DNA of 61,916 nt, the filler included. It is 3 parts of 3 records of this genome, joined end to end, with 100 filler letters (N's around TTAATTAATTAA, not from the genome) between each part and the next. Parts side by side here need not be neighbours in the genome. Positions count along the whole stretch, not along the records: positions 1 to 23,271 come from SRR20825006_1526; positions 23,372 to 48,827 come from SRR20825006_1532; 1 more part is not named here. One strand, written 5' to 3'. The position numbers and the translations under genes are program-made. How positions within the stretch are numbered: position 1 is the first letter of the stretch; every line of letters starts with the position of its first letter. A model generated the notes under the pieces. It did not search any database, had not been told where the DNA came from, and saw nothing but the letters and a program-made list of their open reading frames with translations. This document shows, piece after piece, positions 19,489 through 28,562 of this stretch.

Positions 19489-20969
19489 CGTTTGCCTCGG
19501 CCAATTTCATCAGCGAGAAAATTTGCTGTTTCAGCAAGTGTGTTCACATAGGCACTGCTGTTCTTTTTGAATTCGTCGACGCCTGCGTTGAGCGATGTAC
19601 TGGTGGCAGAGATCTGCGTACCGGAGCGTTTTACCTCATCGGCCAACGCTGCCAAGCTATGTGTCACATCTGAAACTGAAGAGTGTTCGTCCTTGATAGA
19701 CTTCGCGAGTTCCTGAATATCTGCTGTGATATCCTCAAGACGCCTGTTCAGGTTGACACTTTTGTCATTGAGATTTGTATATAGCAAATCGGTGTCGCTG
19801 ATGATGCGACGGGTATGGTCGCGTTGTTCCTCAAGGCTGCGGATGAACTCGGTGATGATGTCTGTTGGGACCTGAACTTTTTCCAATTGGGTGGAGAATG
19901 TACTGATCGCTTGCAAAAAGCGGCCAAATTCTTCCCGTTCACTCTTCGCACCATCACGAATTATCTGACTGGTTTCAGCCATATGTGTCACCGCTTCTGC
20001 CATAGAGTCCCGAGCGCTTTTGAGGATTTCTTTGGTTTCTTCCGCAAGCGCCCTTTGTGATTCAATATGGGCAGTGCTCATTTCTTTCACGTTCTCATGA
20101 GATGTTGTCTCGATCTCCTTGAAGCTCGCCGCGAACGTGTCCTTCACGGCCAAGGAGTGATCTTCCAACACACGAGAAAACGCAGTTGCCCGCTCAACGG
20201 AACTGATGAGTGCGTGCTCAAGGTCTTGCACGGTGTTTTTGAGGACAACCATTGCACTTCGCTCCAGGTCTTCTACCCCCTCACGGAACTGGATCAGGAT
20301 TATTCGCGATATGATACCGGCGATTGTGGATCCGAGCGCGACACCAAACCCCGACAAAATCTGTTCAGCCGCACCAGCGCCGAAATCTCCGCGGATCAGT
20401 ACAACAGACATGCTGGTAAGTGTATACACCAAGCCAAGGTAGTAGGCGTTGTCACCGGCGCGGTCGACCCGAATTCCCTCGTTTCGCATCATATAGGCGA
20501 GATATGCGTATCCGCCGACGAGTACCATTGAAGTGCCGGTAATGATCCATGTGGGTAGCAAGCCGAAAAGTTTGGTAAAAAAGACGAAGGCCACGCCGAC
20601 CACCAATACGGCAATGAATGCTTGTTTTTCCTTTTGGTCCGACACTTTGTACCGGGGTACATCTCGCGTAACACTGGACACATTATCGTCATGGGGGCCG
20701 TTGAAAAAACGCCCCCCAAGCCAGTTCGACGGATTAGTCGGCTTCCCCAAGGACGCCGTATCGACATCGCTTTCGCCTTCGCCTTCCTTCTGTGCCTCAG
20801 GGTCAACTGCACTAATGTCTTCTTCCTGAGGGGATGATACATCTTTTTGATCAAGTGGCGTGTCGTCCACTTGTTGACTTTCCGCCACTTCAGGTGTGTC
20901 GGCATCACCTGCGTCTGTGGCGAGATCCTGCTCGGTGTCTTCGCTCGCAGGTTTTGATTTTTTCCTCAT
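19485..20969 (-). CDS. MotA/TolQ/ExbB (ZorA-like) membrane protein with a long helical tail
   Basis: YYLGLVYTL and GFGVALGSTIAG match the LGLLGT / GIxxALxTTxxG channel helices; long C-terminal heptad region. Confidence 0.75.
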   Translation of the reverse strand: MRKKSKPASEDTEQDLATDAGDADTPEVAESQQVDDTPLDQKDVSSPQEEDISAVDPEAQKEGEGESDVDTASLGKPTNPSNWLGGRFFNGPHDDNVSSVTRDVPRYKVSDQKEKQAFIAVLVVGVAFVFFTKLFGLLPTWIITGTSMVLVGGYAYLAYMMRNEGIRVDRAGDNAYYLGLVYTLTSMSVVLIRGDFGAGAAEQILSGFGVALGSTIAGIISRIILIQFREGVEDLERSAMVVLKNTVQDLEHALISSVERATAFSRVLEDHSLAVKDTFAASFKEIETTSHENVKEMSTAHIESQRALAEETKEILKSARDSMAEAVTHMAETSQIIRDGAKSEREEFGRFLQAISTFSTQLEKVQVPTDIITEFIRSLEEQRDHTRRIISDTDLLYTNLNDKSVNLNRRLEDITADIQELAKSIKDEHSSVSDVTHSLAALADEVKRSGTQISATSTSLNAGVDEFKKNSSAYVNTLAETANFLADEIGRGKR

Positions 20970-21001
20970 GACGGGCCCCCAATATCCCAGTTAGTACTCG
21001 C

Positions 21002-21883
21002 TTAAAGCCTGAACTGCGTCTCGCATTCCACAACGTATTCGCCGAGATTGTCAGCGACATATTCGGCCCAGAAATTCAATAGTCTCGGAGTTTGGCGTGC
21101 GCGCTCTAGCGCATCAGACCGACTTATTCGGATCATGCAGACTTTGGCTCCTCCAAGGTCGGTCCGAAGCTTTACATACTCGGGTCTTTTTTTGAGTGCG
21201 CTGAAATCAGGGCTTTCGCGATAGACAGAGAATGCAGGGCTGTTCTGGAGCAAGTCGGAGACGATGATCATATATTTAGATGACATGGCGTCAGCCGACC
21301 GGAAGGCCACATCGCCGATGGAAGCAATACTTTCTGCAATGGGTGACTGATTTACCGCTTCTGCTTTTAGCCCACCGGAAATAACCTGAGTAACTTCTTG
21401 CCAAAATCGATTGTGATAGCTCCGAACCAACTGAGCATTATCATTGGCTGATGTCGGCTCCTGCCCAGGAAAGCAGATTGATAATAGCGGCGCGATAGCC
21501 TCATCAGCTGCCGCCTGAAGGTTGTAAATATCTATACGATCGCCTTTGCTCAGGCCTGTGCCTGTTGAGGAATATTCGGATCCGGGCACAGTCGAAATTG
21601 CCCTGCGTATGCTGCTCATGAGAGCAGCTTGCTGGCGGGCGTCAAACCCCCCGCTCGCATCAACCCCGATCGCGACAATGTTCTTCGGAGGGCATTCCTT
21701 TGAACAGAAATTTGTGCTGGCATAATCACATTTGTCGTCATTGATCACCAGATAGGCAACCGTACCGAAGAGGCCGGCCATCAACAAAAGTCCGGCGCTC
21801 CGTCTCAATAACTCAAACGAAAAAAATGACTGACCCCGTCGGGCCCGTTGGGGCCGTGAACGGTGATTTCGGGGGCGCCTCAT
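21002..21883 (-). CDS. Membrane-anchored vWA-like protein
   Basis: N-terminal TM; IGVDASGG (DxSxS-like), QSPIAESI, IIVSDLLQNS. Confidence 0.65.
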   Translation of the reverse strand: MRRPRNHRSRPQRARRGQSFFSFELLRRSAGLLLMAGLFGTVAYLVINDDKCDYASTNFCSKECPPKNIVAIGVDASGGFDARQQAALMSSIRRAISTVPGSEYSSTGTGLSKGDRIDIYNLQAAADEAIAPLLSICFPGQEPTSANDNAQLVRSYHNRFWQEVTQVISGGLKAEAVNQSPIAESIASIGDVAFRSADAMSSKYMIIVSDLLQNSPAFSVYRESPDFSALKKRPEYVKLRTDLGGAKVCMIRISRSDALERARQTPRLLNFWAEYVADNLGEYVVECETQFRL

Positions 21884-23268
21884 GCGTCTACTCCCTCAAG
21901 CAGCTTATCGACTTTTTCTTGAAGCTGATCGACCTTGTTGAATGCTTCGTTCTGATAGGCTTCGGCTCTTGGCCTTTCGGTCTCGGCAAGTTTGTGGGCT
22001 TGCTCCGCCAAATCTCTGGCTTCTTTGAGATTGATAGTAAAGTGATCGGGCAGTTCTATCGTACTAACCGCTTGCTCCTCGATGGCAGAAAACCACGGGG
22101 GAATATCCCCTTCCAGTACATCCGATTTATACCGCTTGAGGAAAACATCCGTCGCTGATCGGCAACTGTCGCAGAACCGGACTATTTCTTTCTCGAAACC
22201 ATCAATTTTAGCCACGTGCATATCGATGTTTTGGAGACGGGGCTGCAGCATTCTGAGGTAGTCACTAATTTCGTCGAGCACTTCGTTCCTCAAGTCGACG
22301 ATTGACTCTCGGAGAGTCTCGCTTGGAACTAAAAAGTTATCGTGCCGCTCCTGCAGTTTCTTTTCCCGTGCTGCATATTCAGTGATAGGGTCTCCGTAGT
22401 TATGGCCTTTGTACCAAGCATATATTCCCATGATTATCCCGATGACGAACATCAGGACGGCCGTGAGGTCCAGAAAACCAATTCCATGCTTCGAAAAATA
22501 GGTGACAACAGCCTCGAAGAGCGCCCCTTCAGAGGGCAGTGCCATGATGTCGCCATTCTCCAGACTTTTCGACGCCAGAGCGGCTTGTGAGCGATACATG
22601 CTCACAATCCAGTGAAAGAATGGCATGACGGTGATTGCAAAGATTACCGCTAAAAAGGCGCAGACCTTGCGCCAAAGGAAGCGAGTGTAAAATCCTTTGG
22701 TGCCAAAATAGCCGACAAGAAACATCACGCTCAAGTTTGCAAAGCCAATCAACATCGACAGAATAATCGCCACCACGAGATTGGGTGACACCGGCGCAAT
22801 CATCGATATGTTGCCAAGGGCTTCAATGGCGAGAATGCCAATGAGATCATAAAAGTATTTGTGGTCCGGTTTTTCAATGGCTGGTCGGGTAAGGCCGTTC
22901 AGCGCACGGTAATTATCAAAATCGGCTTTTTCTTCCTGATATTTTGTTTTCGCTTCTCGCAACTTGGGCAATTGGCGCCTAACCTCTTGCTTCATGTCTT
23001 CGAGCGCTTCTTTGATTTTGATCACCCGAGTTTCGAAATCTATTTCGCTCCGAATTTCCAGCATCAGAGTGCGAAAAGACGCATACCTCTTATCGGTGTC
23101 CGATTGTTCCCGTGCAAAGATCGTTCGCACACGCTGTACAAAAGATGTAGCCTGGTTGTTGTCGAATTCACGTTTTTCGATTTCAGTGGCTTTTTGCTTG
23201 CGCTGCATCTTAAGCGATGGCCAGCTAATTTCAGCCATCAGCTTATTAATATCTATGACGTCAGCCAT
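21880..23268 (-). CDS. Multi-TM membrane protein flanked by coiled coils (may be N-truncated by the contig end)
   Basis: About 4 hydrophobic helices between long helical regions; ATGA overlap with the vWA gene; ATG is 3 bp from the gap. Confidence 0.75.
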   Translation of the reverse strand: MADVIDINKLMAEISWPSLKMQRKQKATEIEKREFDNNQATSFVQRVRTIFAREQSDTDKRYASFRTLMLEIRSEIDFETRVIKIKEALEDMKQEVRRQLPKLREAKTKYQEEKADFDNYRALNGLTRPAIEKPDHKYFYDLIGILAIEALGNISMIAPVSPNLVVAIILSMLIGFANLSVMFLVGYFGTKGFYTRFLWRKVCAFLAVIFAITVMPFFHWIVSMYRSQAALASKSLENGDIMALPSEGALFEAVVTYFSKHGIGFLDLTAVLMFVIGIIMGIYAWYKGHNYGDPITEYAAREKKLQERHDNFLVPSETLRESIVDLRNEVLDEISDYLRMLQPRLQNIDMHVAKIDGFEKEIVRFCDSCRSATDVFLKRYKSDVLEGDIPPWFSAIEEQAVSTIELPDHFTINLKEARDLAEQAHKLAETERPRAEAYQNEAFNKVDQLQEKVDKLLEGVDA

Positions 23269-23271
23269 ATC

Positions 23272-23371
23272 NNNNNNNNNNNNNNNNNNNNNNNNNNNNN
23301 NNNNNNNNNNNNNNNTTAATTAATTAANNNNNNNNNNNNNNNNNNNNNNNNNNNNNNNNNNNNNNNNNNNN
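23272..23371. other. Artificial contig linker
   Basis: 44 N + TTAATTAATTAA (stops in all six frames) + 44 N. Confidence 0.98.
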
Positions 23372-23878
23372 GCCCATTTCCCAGAAATTATCTTTTTTAT
23401 TTCCGTTTAAAATGCGGTCTTCAGCTACGTGTTTTTTCCACATATCATAAGCTTCAGCATCACGCTCAAGCCCTTCAGCATCGTCGCCTTCAAAAATGGT
23501 CACATAAAGTTTACTCTTATCAATCTTATAAACTTCGGTAAGTAATTCCCAAGCCCAATCGATCGCATCTTGTTTAAAATAATCTCCAAAACTCCAGTTC
23601 CCCAGCATCTCAAACATCGTGTGATGGTAGGTATCTTTACCCACTTCTTCTAGGTCATTATGCTTTCCGCTCACGCGTAAACATTTCTGAGTGTCAGTGA
23701 CACGCGTATCTTTTGGAGTTCCGTTACCCAGAAAAAATTCCTTAAATTGGTTCATTCCGGCATTGGTGAACATCAACGTAGGATCGTTTTTGATCACCAT
23801 AGGCGCAGAGGCCACGATGGAATGGTTTTTGGACTTAAAAAAAGATAGAAATTGATCGCGTATTTCTTGGGATTTCAT
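23372..23878 (-). CDS. alaS: Alanine--tRNA ligase (5' part, truncated by the gap)
   Basis: [41 protein letters not shown]. Confidence 0.97.
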
Positions 23879-24009
23879 GAGTGAATTTTAGAGTAGATCT
23901 TGCCAAAATATGATTACCGGCAAACTATTTTTTATATTTGTTCGTTACCCCTTAATTAAATGCGGGATACAAGCATATATTTTAACGCAAAAATAGAATA
24001 AATTAACTA

Positions 24010-24987
24010 ATGTCTAAGGTTAAATATTATTACGACAAAGAGACGCTTTCTTATAAAAAAATAGAAAAGCGCAAGGGTCGTAAATTAGGTTATGCCCTGT
24101 TATCTATAGGCGCTTCTTTTCTTGCGGGATTTATTTTACTCGTTATATATCTCAACATACCAGACCTTGAAACGCCTAGAGAAAAGGCTTTGCAGCGTGA
24201 GTTGCAAAATATGAAAATGCAATACGGCGTACTCAATAAAAAACTAGATCAGGTTCAGACGGTTTTAAACGAAGTAGAAGAGCGCGATAACACCATTTAC
24301 AGACTGTATTTTGAGGCAAACCCTATTCCTGATGAGCAGCGCAAAGCCGGTTTTGGTGGGGTTAACCGTTACAAAGATCTGGAGGGATATGACAACTCAA
24401 AACTTATAATTGAATCAAACAAGCGCCTTGATGTGCTTACTAAACAATTGGTCGTACAAAGCAAATCGCTTGATGAGATCGCTGTTTTAGCTGAAGAAAA
24501 AGAAAAATTCTTAAATGCAATTCCTGCTATTCAGCCGGTGGCTAATAAAGATCTAACCCGTATTGCTTCGGGTTATGGCATGCGCTCAGACCCGTTTACT
24601 AAAGAGCGTAAAATGCACTGGGGGATGGACTTTACCTCTCCGCGAGGCACGCCGGTTTATGCTACCGGAAACGGCACCGTAGAACGCGCAGACAACAATG
24701 CAACCGGTTACGGAAATCACATACGCATCGATCACGGTTACGGTTATGTAAGTCTCTATGCGCATTTATACAAATACAATGTGCGCCGCGGCCAAAAAGT
24801 ACAGCGCGGTGATTTAATAGGTTTTGTGGGAAGTACCGGCCGTTCTGAAGCGCCGCATTTGCACTATGAGATTTTTAAAGACGGGCAACGTATTAACCCT
24901 ATTAATTTTTACTACGGAAACCTTTCGCCTGAAGAGTTTGATGTAATTTTACAGAAAGCACAACTCGAAAACCAATCTCTGGATTAA
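24010..24987 (+). CDS. M23 family metallopeptidase
   Basis: HWGMDF, YAHL, GRSEAPHLHYE. Confidence 0.92.
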   Translation: MSKVKYYYDKETLSYKKIEKRKGRKLGYALLSIGASFLAGFILLVIYLNIPDLETPREKALQRELQNMKMQYGVLNKKLDQVQTVLNEVEERDNTIYRLYFEANPIPDEQRKAGFGGVNRYKDLEGYDNSKLIIESNKRLDVLTKQLVVQSKSLDEIAVLAEEKEKFLNAIPAIQPVANKDLTRIASGYGMRSDPFTKERKMHWGMDFTSPRGTPVYATGNGTVERADNNATGYGNHIRIDHGYGYVSLYAHLYKYNVRRGQKVQRGDLIGFVGSTGRSEAPHLHYEIFKDGQRINPINFYYGNLSPEEFDVILQKAQLENQSLD

Positions 24988-25316
24988 TGCACGTTGATTT
25001 ACCCGAAAAATTATATTACAGCATTGGCGAAGTCGCCGATGCGTTTGGCGTAAACTCATCGCTCATCAGATTTTGGGAGAAAGAATTTGATGTGATTCAA
25101 CCTAAAAAAAATGCTAAGGGTAATCGCAAATTCACTCCAGAAGACATCAAGAATCTTGAGCTTATTTATCACCTCGTTAAAGAGCGCGGTTTCACGCTAG
25201 AGGGTGCTAAAACGCATTTAAAAGAAAACAAACAAGAAACACTCAACAAATTTGATCTGATCAGAAAGCTGGAAAACATTAAAGCCCAGCTTCAGCAATT
25301 AAAAGATCAACTCTAA
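24987..25316 (+). CDS. MerR-family HTH regulator
   Basis: YYSIGEVA...LIRFWEKEF...GNRKF. Confidence 0.9.
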   Translation: MHVDLPEKLYYSIGEVADAFGVNSSLIRFWEKEFDVIQPKKNAKGNRKFTPEDIKNLELIYHLVKERGFTLEGAKTHLKENKQETLNKFDLIRKLENIKAQLQQLKDQL

Positions 25317-25335
25317 CCTACAAACATCAATCATC

Positions 25336-25950
25336 ATGAAAAAAGGAATTATCGCACTTATTGTAGTCGTTATACTTCTAATCATTGGCTATTCATTCTT
25401 TAAAGGATTTTACAACACCGGGATAGAATTGCAAGAAGACGCTACCGCACAATGGGGTAATGTAGAAAGTGCTTATCAGCGTCGTTCAGACCTTATCCCC
25501 AACATTGTAAATACAGCTAAAGGCTACGCAGAATTTGAACAAAAAACTCTTACCGATGTAATCGAGGCACGCTCCAAAGCAACTTCGGTAAATATAGATC
25601 CAACGAATATTACACCAGATCAGTTGGAGCAATTTCAGCAAGCACAAAGCGGCTTAAGTTCTGCCTTGAGCAGACTGCTTGTAACCGTAGAGCGTTATCC
25701 CGACCTTAAGGCTAATGAGAATTTTAAGGAATTGATTAACGAACTAGAGCGTACCGAAAATCGTATCAATGTCGAGCGTAACCGCTACAACGAGGCGATC
25801 AAACCCTACAACAAGCACATTAAAACCTTTCCTAATAATATCGTGAATAACTTCATTGGCAACTTTGAAGAGATGGATTATTTTGAGGCGGAAGAAGGTG
25901 CTGAGACTGCTCCTGAAGTCAATTTTGATTTCAATAACGACGCAGCATAA
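25336..25950 (+). CDS. lemA: LemA family protein
   Basis: YQRRSDLIPN, ERYPDLKAN, ENRINVERNRYN. Confidence 0.95.
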   Translation: MKKGIIALIVVVILLIIGYSFFKGFYNTGIELQEDATAQWGNVESAYQRRSDLIPNIVNTAKGYAEFEQKTLTDVIEARSKATSVNIDPTNITPDQLEQFQQAQSGLSSALSRLLVTVERYPDLKANENFKELINELERTENRINVERNRYNEAIKPYNKHIKTFPNNIVNNFIGNFEEMDYFEAEEGAETAPEVNFDFNNDAA

Positions 25951-26390
25951 TGGCATCTGTAGTTGAAGATTTTCTTTCTGCTGATGAAGAACAAGAGGTT
26001 GTAGAAGCCATTAGACAGGCCGAACTTAAAACTTCTGGCGAGATTCGTGTGCATCTGGAACGCACTTGTAAAAAAGGGGCCCTCGAACGTGCAAAAGAAC
26101 TTTTTCATCAGCTGAAAATGGATAATACCAAAGAAGAGAACGGAGTGCTTATCTATGTTGCTGTAGATGCTAAAAAGTTTGCCATCTGTGGCGATCGCGG
26201 CATCAACGCAGTAGTTCCTGATGATTTCTGGCAAAGCACCAAAGATCTTATGCAAACCGAATTTAAAAACCGAAAGTTCAAAACCGGATTAGTAAAAGGC
26301 ATCACCTCTGCCGGTGAACAATTGGCGCATTTCTTCCCTTGGAATGATGATGACGTCAATGAACTTTCAGATGAAATATCGACCTCTTGA
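25950..26390 (+). CDS. TPM domain protein
   Basis: AELKTSGEIRVH, NGVLIY, GDRGIN, NELSDEIS. Confidence 0.9.
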   Translation: MASVVEDFLSADEEQEVVEAIRQAELKTSGEIRVHLERTCKKGALERAKELFHQLKMDNTKEENGVLIYVAVDAKKFAICGDRGINAVVPDDFWQSTKDLMQTEFKNRKFKTGLVKGITSAGEQLAHFFPWNDDDVNELSDEISTS

Positions 26391-27205
26391 TCTATTTACC
26401 ACAAATACGTACTATTAGAACTACGCTCTTGCTGGCTTTTCTATTCTGCCTTTCGGCGAAAGGATTAGCGCAGTTTGACATTCCTGATGTTCCTAGTGAG
26501 CAAACCAGTGTTTACGATTATGCCGGCCTTTTAAATACCGGTCAAAAAGCAACGCTTGAAAACAAGCTTGTACGCTATAGTGACACTACCTCAACGCAAA
26601 TTGTGGTAGTGATCATCCCTAGTACAAAAGGGGAAGACATCAGTTTTTTGGGAGCCAAATGGGGTCAAAAATGGGGCATTGGTCAAAAAGATAAAGACAA
26701 CGGAATCCTGATCACGCTGGCCACCGAAGATCGTAAAGTGGACATCAACACCGGTTACGGGATCGAGACGATCATCACAGACCGTATGGCAGAACAAGTC
26801 ATCAATCGGGTGATGATTCCGCAGTTTAAAAGAGGTGATTATTATGCAGGTCTTGATCAAGGTGCTGATGCACTTTTTCAAATGCTTCAGGGAGAATACC
26901 AAGGATCCAGACAACGCAACGAGGGACCGGGCATTCGTAATTTTCTACCCATTATCATCATCTTTTTCGTCATCATTTTTATCCTAAGTCGTTCTCGCGG
27001 TGGCGGAAACGGCAGAAATGGCGGCAGACGCAGCGGAGCAGGAAGCTTACTTGACGTCATCATTTTAAGCAGTTTAGGTCGCGGCGGTATGGGCGGTGGC
27101 GGCTTTGGCGGAGGATCTTCAGGTGGTGGCTTTGGTGGCGGCGGTTTTGGAGGTGGCTTCGGAGGCGGCGGCTTTGGTGGCGGTGGTGCTTCGGGAGGCT
27201 GGTAA
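26387..27205 (+). CDS. TPM domain protein with Gly-rich tail (YgcG-like)
   Basis: WGIGQKDKDNGIL, TGYGIE, GGGFGGGGASGGW. Confidence 0.92.
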   Translation: MIYLPQIRTIRTTLLLAFLFCLSAKGLAQFDIPDVPSEQTSVYDYAGLLNTGQKATLENKLVRYSDTTSTQIVVVIIPSTKGEDISFLGAKWGQKWGIGQKDKDNGILITLATEDRKVDINTGYGIETIITDRMAEQVINRVMIPQFKRGDYYAGLDQGADALFQMLQGEYQGSRQRNEGPGIRNFLPIIIIFFVIIFILSRSRGGGNGRNGGRRSGAGSLLDVIILSSLGRGGMGGGGFGGGSSGGGFGGGGFGGGFGGGGFGGGGASGGW

Positions 27206-27275
27206 ATACTACCTGCTATCCTTCTAAATTGCATCGGCCCAACCTGGTCTCTTTAATTCTAAAAAGAAATTTCAA

Positions 27276-27728
27276 TTGGAATCTTTTCTTCAACTCATAC
27301 ATCAAATCACAAAATACGGAAGCGAACAAGTCGCCGACGCTAATAAATTAGTAAGTCTCAAAAAATCTCTGGGAGACCTGTATGCTTTGTATTTGAATTT
27401 AAACTCTAACTTTGACGAGCAACTTTATGAAGAAGTACAACGTCTAGACTATGCTGAAGTTTACGCGTATGTAAAAGTAAATTTCCCCGAGTTTGGTTGG
27501 TATCGCTCGAGTACTATTTCTTTTGAAATCGATCAAAATCCAGAACTATTGGTAGAAGATGCGATTGACGATCTTACAGATCTTATCATTGATCTAAGCG
27601 AAGTTGCCTGGCGTCTAAAAAACACAAGTCTAAATGACGGGTTATGGTATTTCAACACGCTAATGAAGATTCATTCTGAGAAACACTTGCTCAACATTTT
27701 AATTTATCTAAAAGCCTTAGAGGCCTAG
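27276..27728 (+). CDS. Hypothetical protein (DUF5063-like)
   Basis: DAIDDLTDLIIDL..V.W pattern; TTG start uncertain. Confidence 0.55.
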   Translation: MESFLQLIHQITKYGSEQVADANKLVSLKKSLGDLYALYLNLNSNFDEQLYEEVQRLDYAEVYAYVKVNFPEFGWYRSSTISFEIDQNPELLVEDAIDDLTDLIIDLSEVAWRLKNTSLNDGLWYFNTLMKIHSEKHLLNILIYLKALEA

Positions 27729-28562
27729 TTTAAGATCTATATAACTATCCCAGCCCATTTGTTCTATTTCTTTAGTTCCGTGGGCAGTTTCTTCATCGTA
27801 TCTGCGTTGCGCTTCATTATATTGCTTCTCAAATTCTGAAAATAGACTGTCTAGTTTATTCTGCGAATTTGCATAAAATTTATGTTTAGCAAATTCCGCC
27901 CTTAGGTTTCGCGTGTAAATTTCACATAAATCAAAATGATGTTGCTCGTGATTTAGAATCGCATCAGTCTTTTTTTCTGCTCTCACCCAGCTTCTAGTAC
28001 AGTCAAATGTATTTGTAACTATTATTTCAGCTTTGCTAAATAGAGTCACTAAACCGGTCTGATAAAGTATTGAGCAATAACTCTCAGCATCATAGGGTGA
28101 CTTCTTTCGGACCTTACCTTTAAAATCCTCCCAACTTAATTTTCTGTTTGCTGACCAATTAATTTCTAATTGATACTTCTGCGGATTATTAACTCGGTAT
28201 GCAACTGCACTAATTCTAGAACAGGTGCTCCACATATCAGGCTCCTTATTTTTAATTAATTTGATAAGATTAGCCCCATTATTTCGAGCAGTTTCTTGGA
28301 GTAAAGCTATCATTTCCGGATAAGTACAATCTTTAGAAAGTCCATTATCAGAAGCTCGCAACACACCTACTTCAATTCCGTTTAATTCCTGATTGTCGTC
28401 TAAAGGAAGTACAATAACTTCAGCCTCATCGCCCAATGAAGGTTGAGGATTTTGTATAGAGGAACGTAGTTTAGGACTGCATTGCACAAAGCAAAGCGCA
28501 ATGATTAACAGACCACAAGCTTTTATAAAACTAATCCCACCATCCATTCTCTCTAACCTCAC
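27717..28562 (-). CDS. Lipoprotein with a DUF922-like HExxH domain
   Basis: LSWEDFKG, SWV, ILNHEQHHFDLCEIY, YDEETAHG; start uncertain. Confidence 0.75.
   Translation of the reverse strand: MRLERMDGGISFIKACGLLIIALCFVQCSPKLRSSIQNPQPSLGDEAEVIVLPLDDNQELNGIEVGVLRASDNGLSKDCTYPEMIALLQETARNNGANLIKLIKNKEPDMWSTCSRISAVAYRVNNPQKYQLEINWSANRKLSWEDFKGKVRKKSPYDAESYCSILYQTGLVTLFSKAEIIVTNTFDCTRSWVRAEKKTDAILNHEQHHFDLCEIYTRNLRAEFAKHKFYANSQNKLDSLFSEFEKQYNEAQRRYDEETAHGTKEIEQMGWDSYIDLKLGL

Noticed and set aside
23316-23327. TTAATTAATTAA palindrome (also at 48872-48883)
   Set aside because: Synthetic six-frame stop spacer inside N runs.
27078-27202. GGC/GGT tandem repeats and the Pro-rich antisense ORF
   Set aside because: Explained by the Gly-rich tail of the TPM protein.
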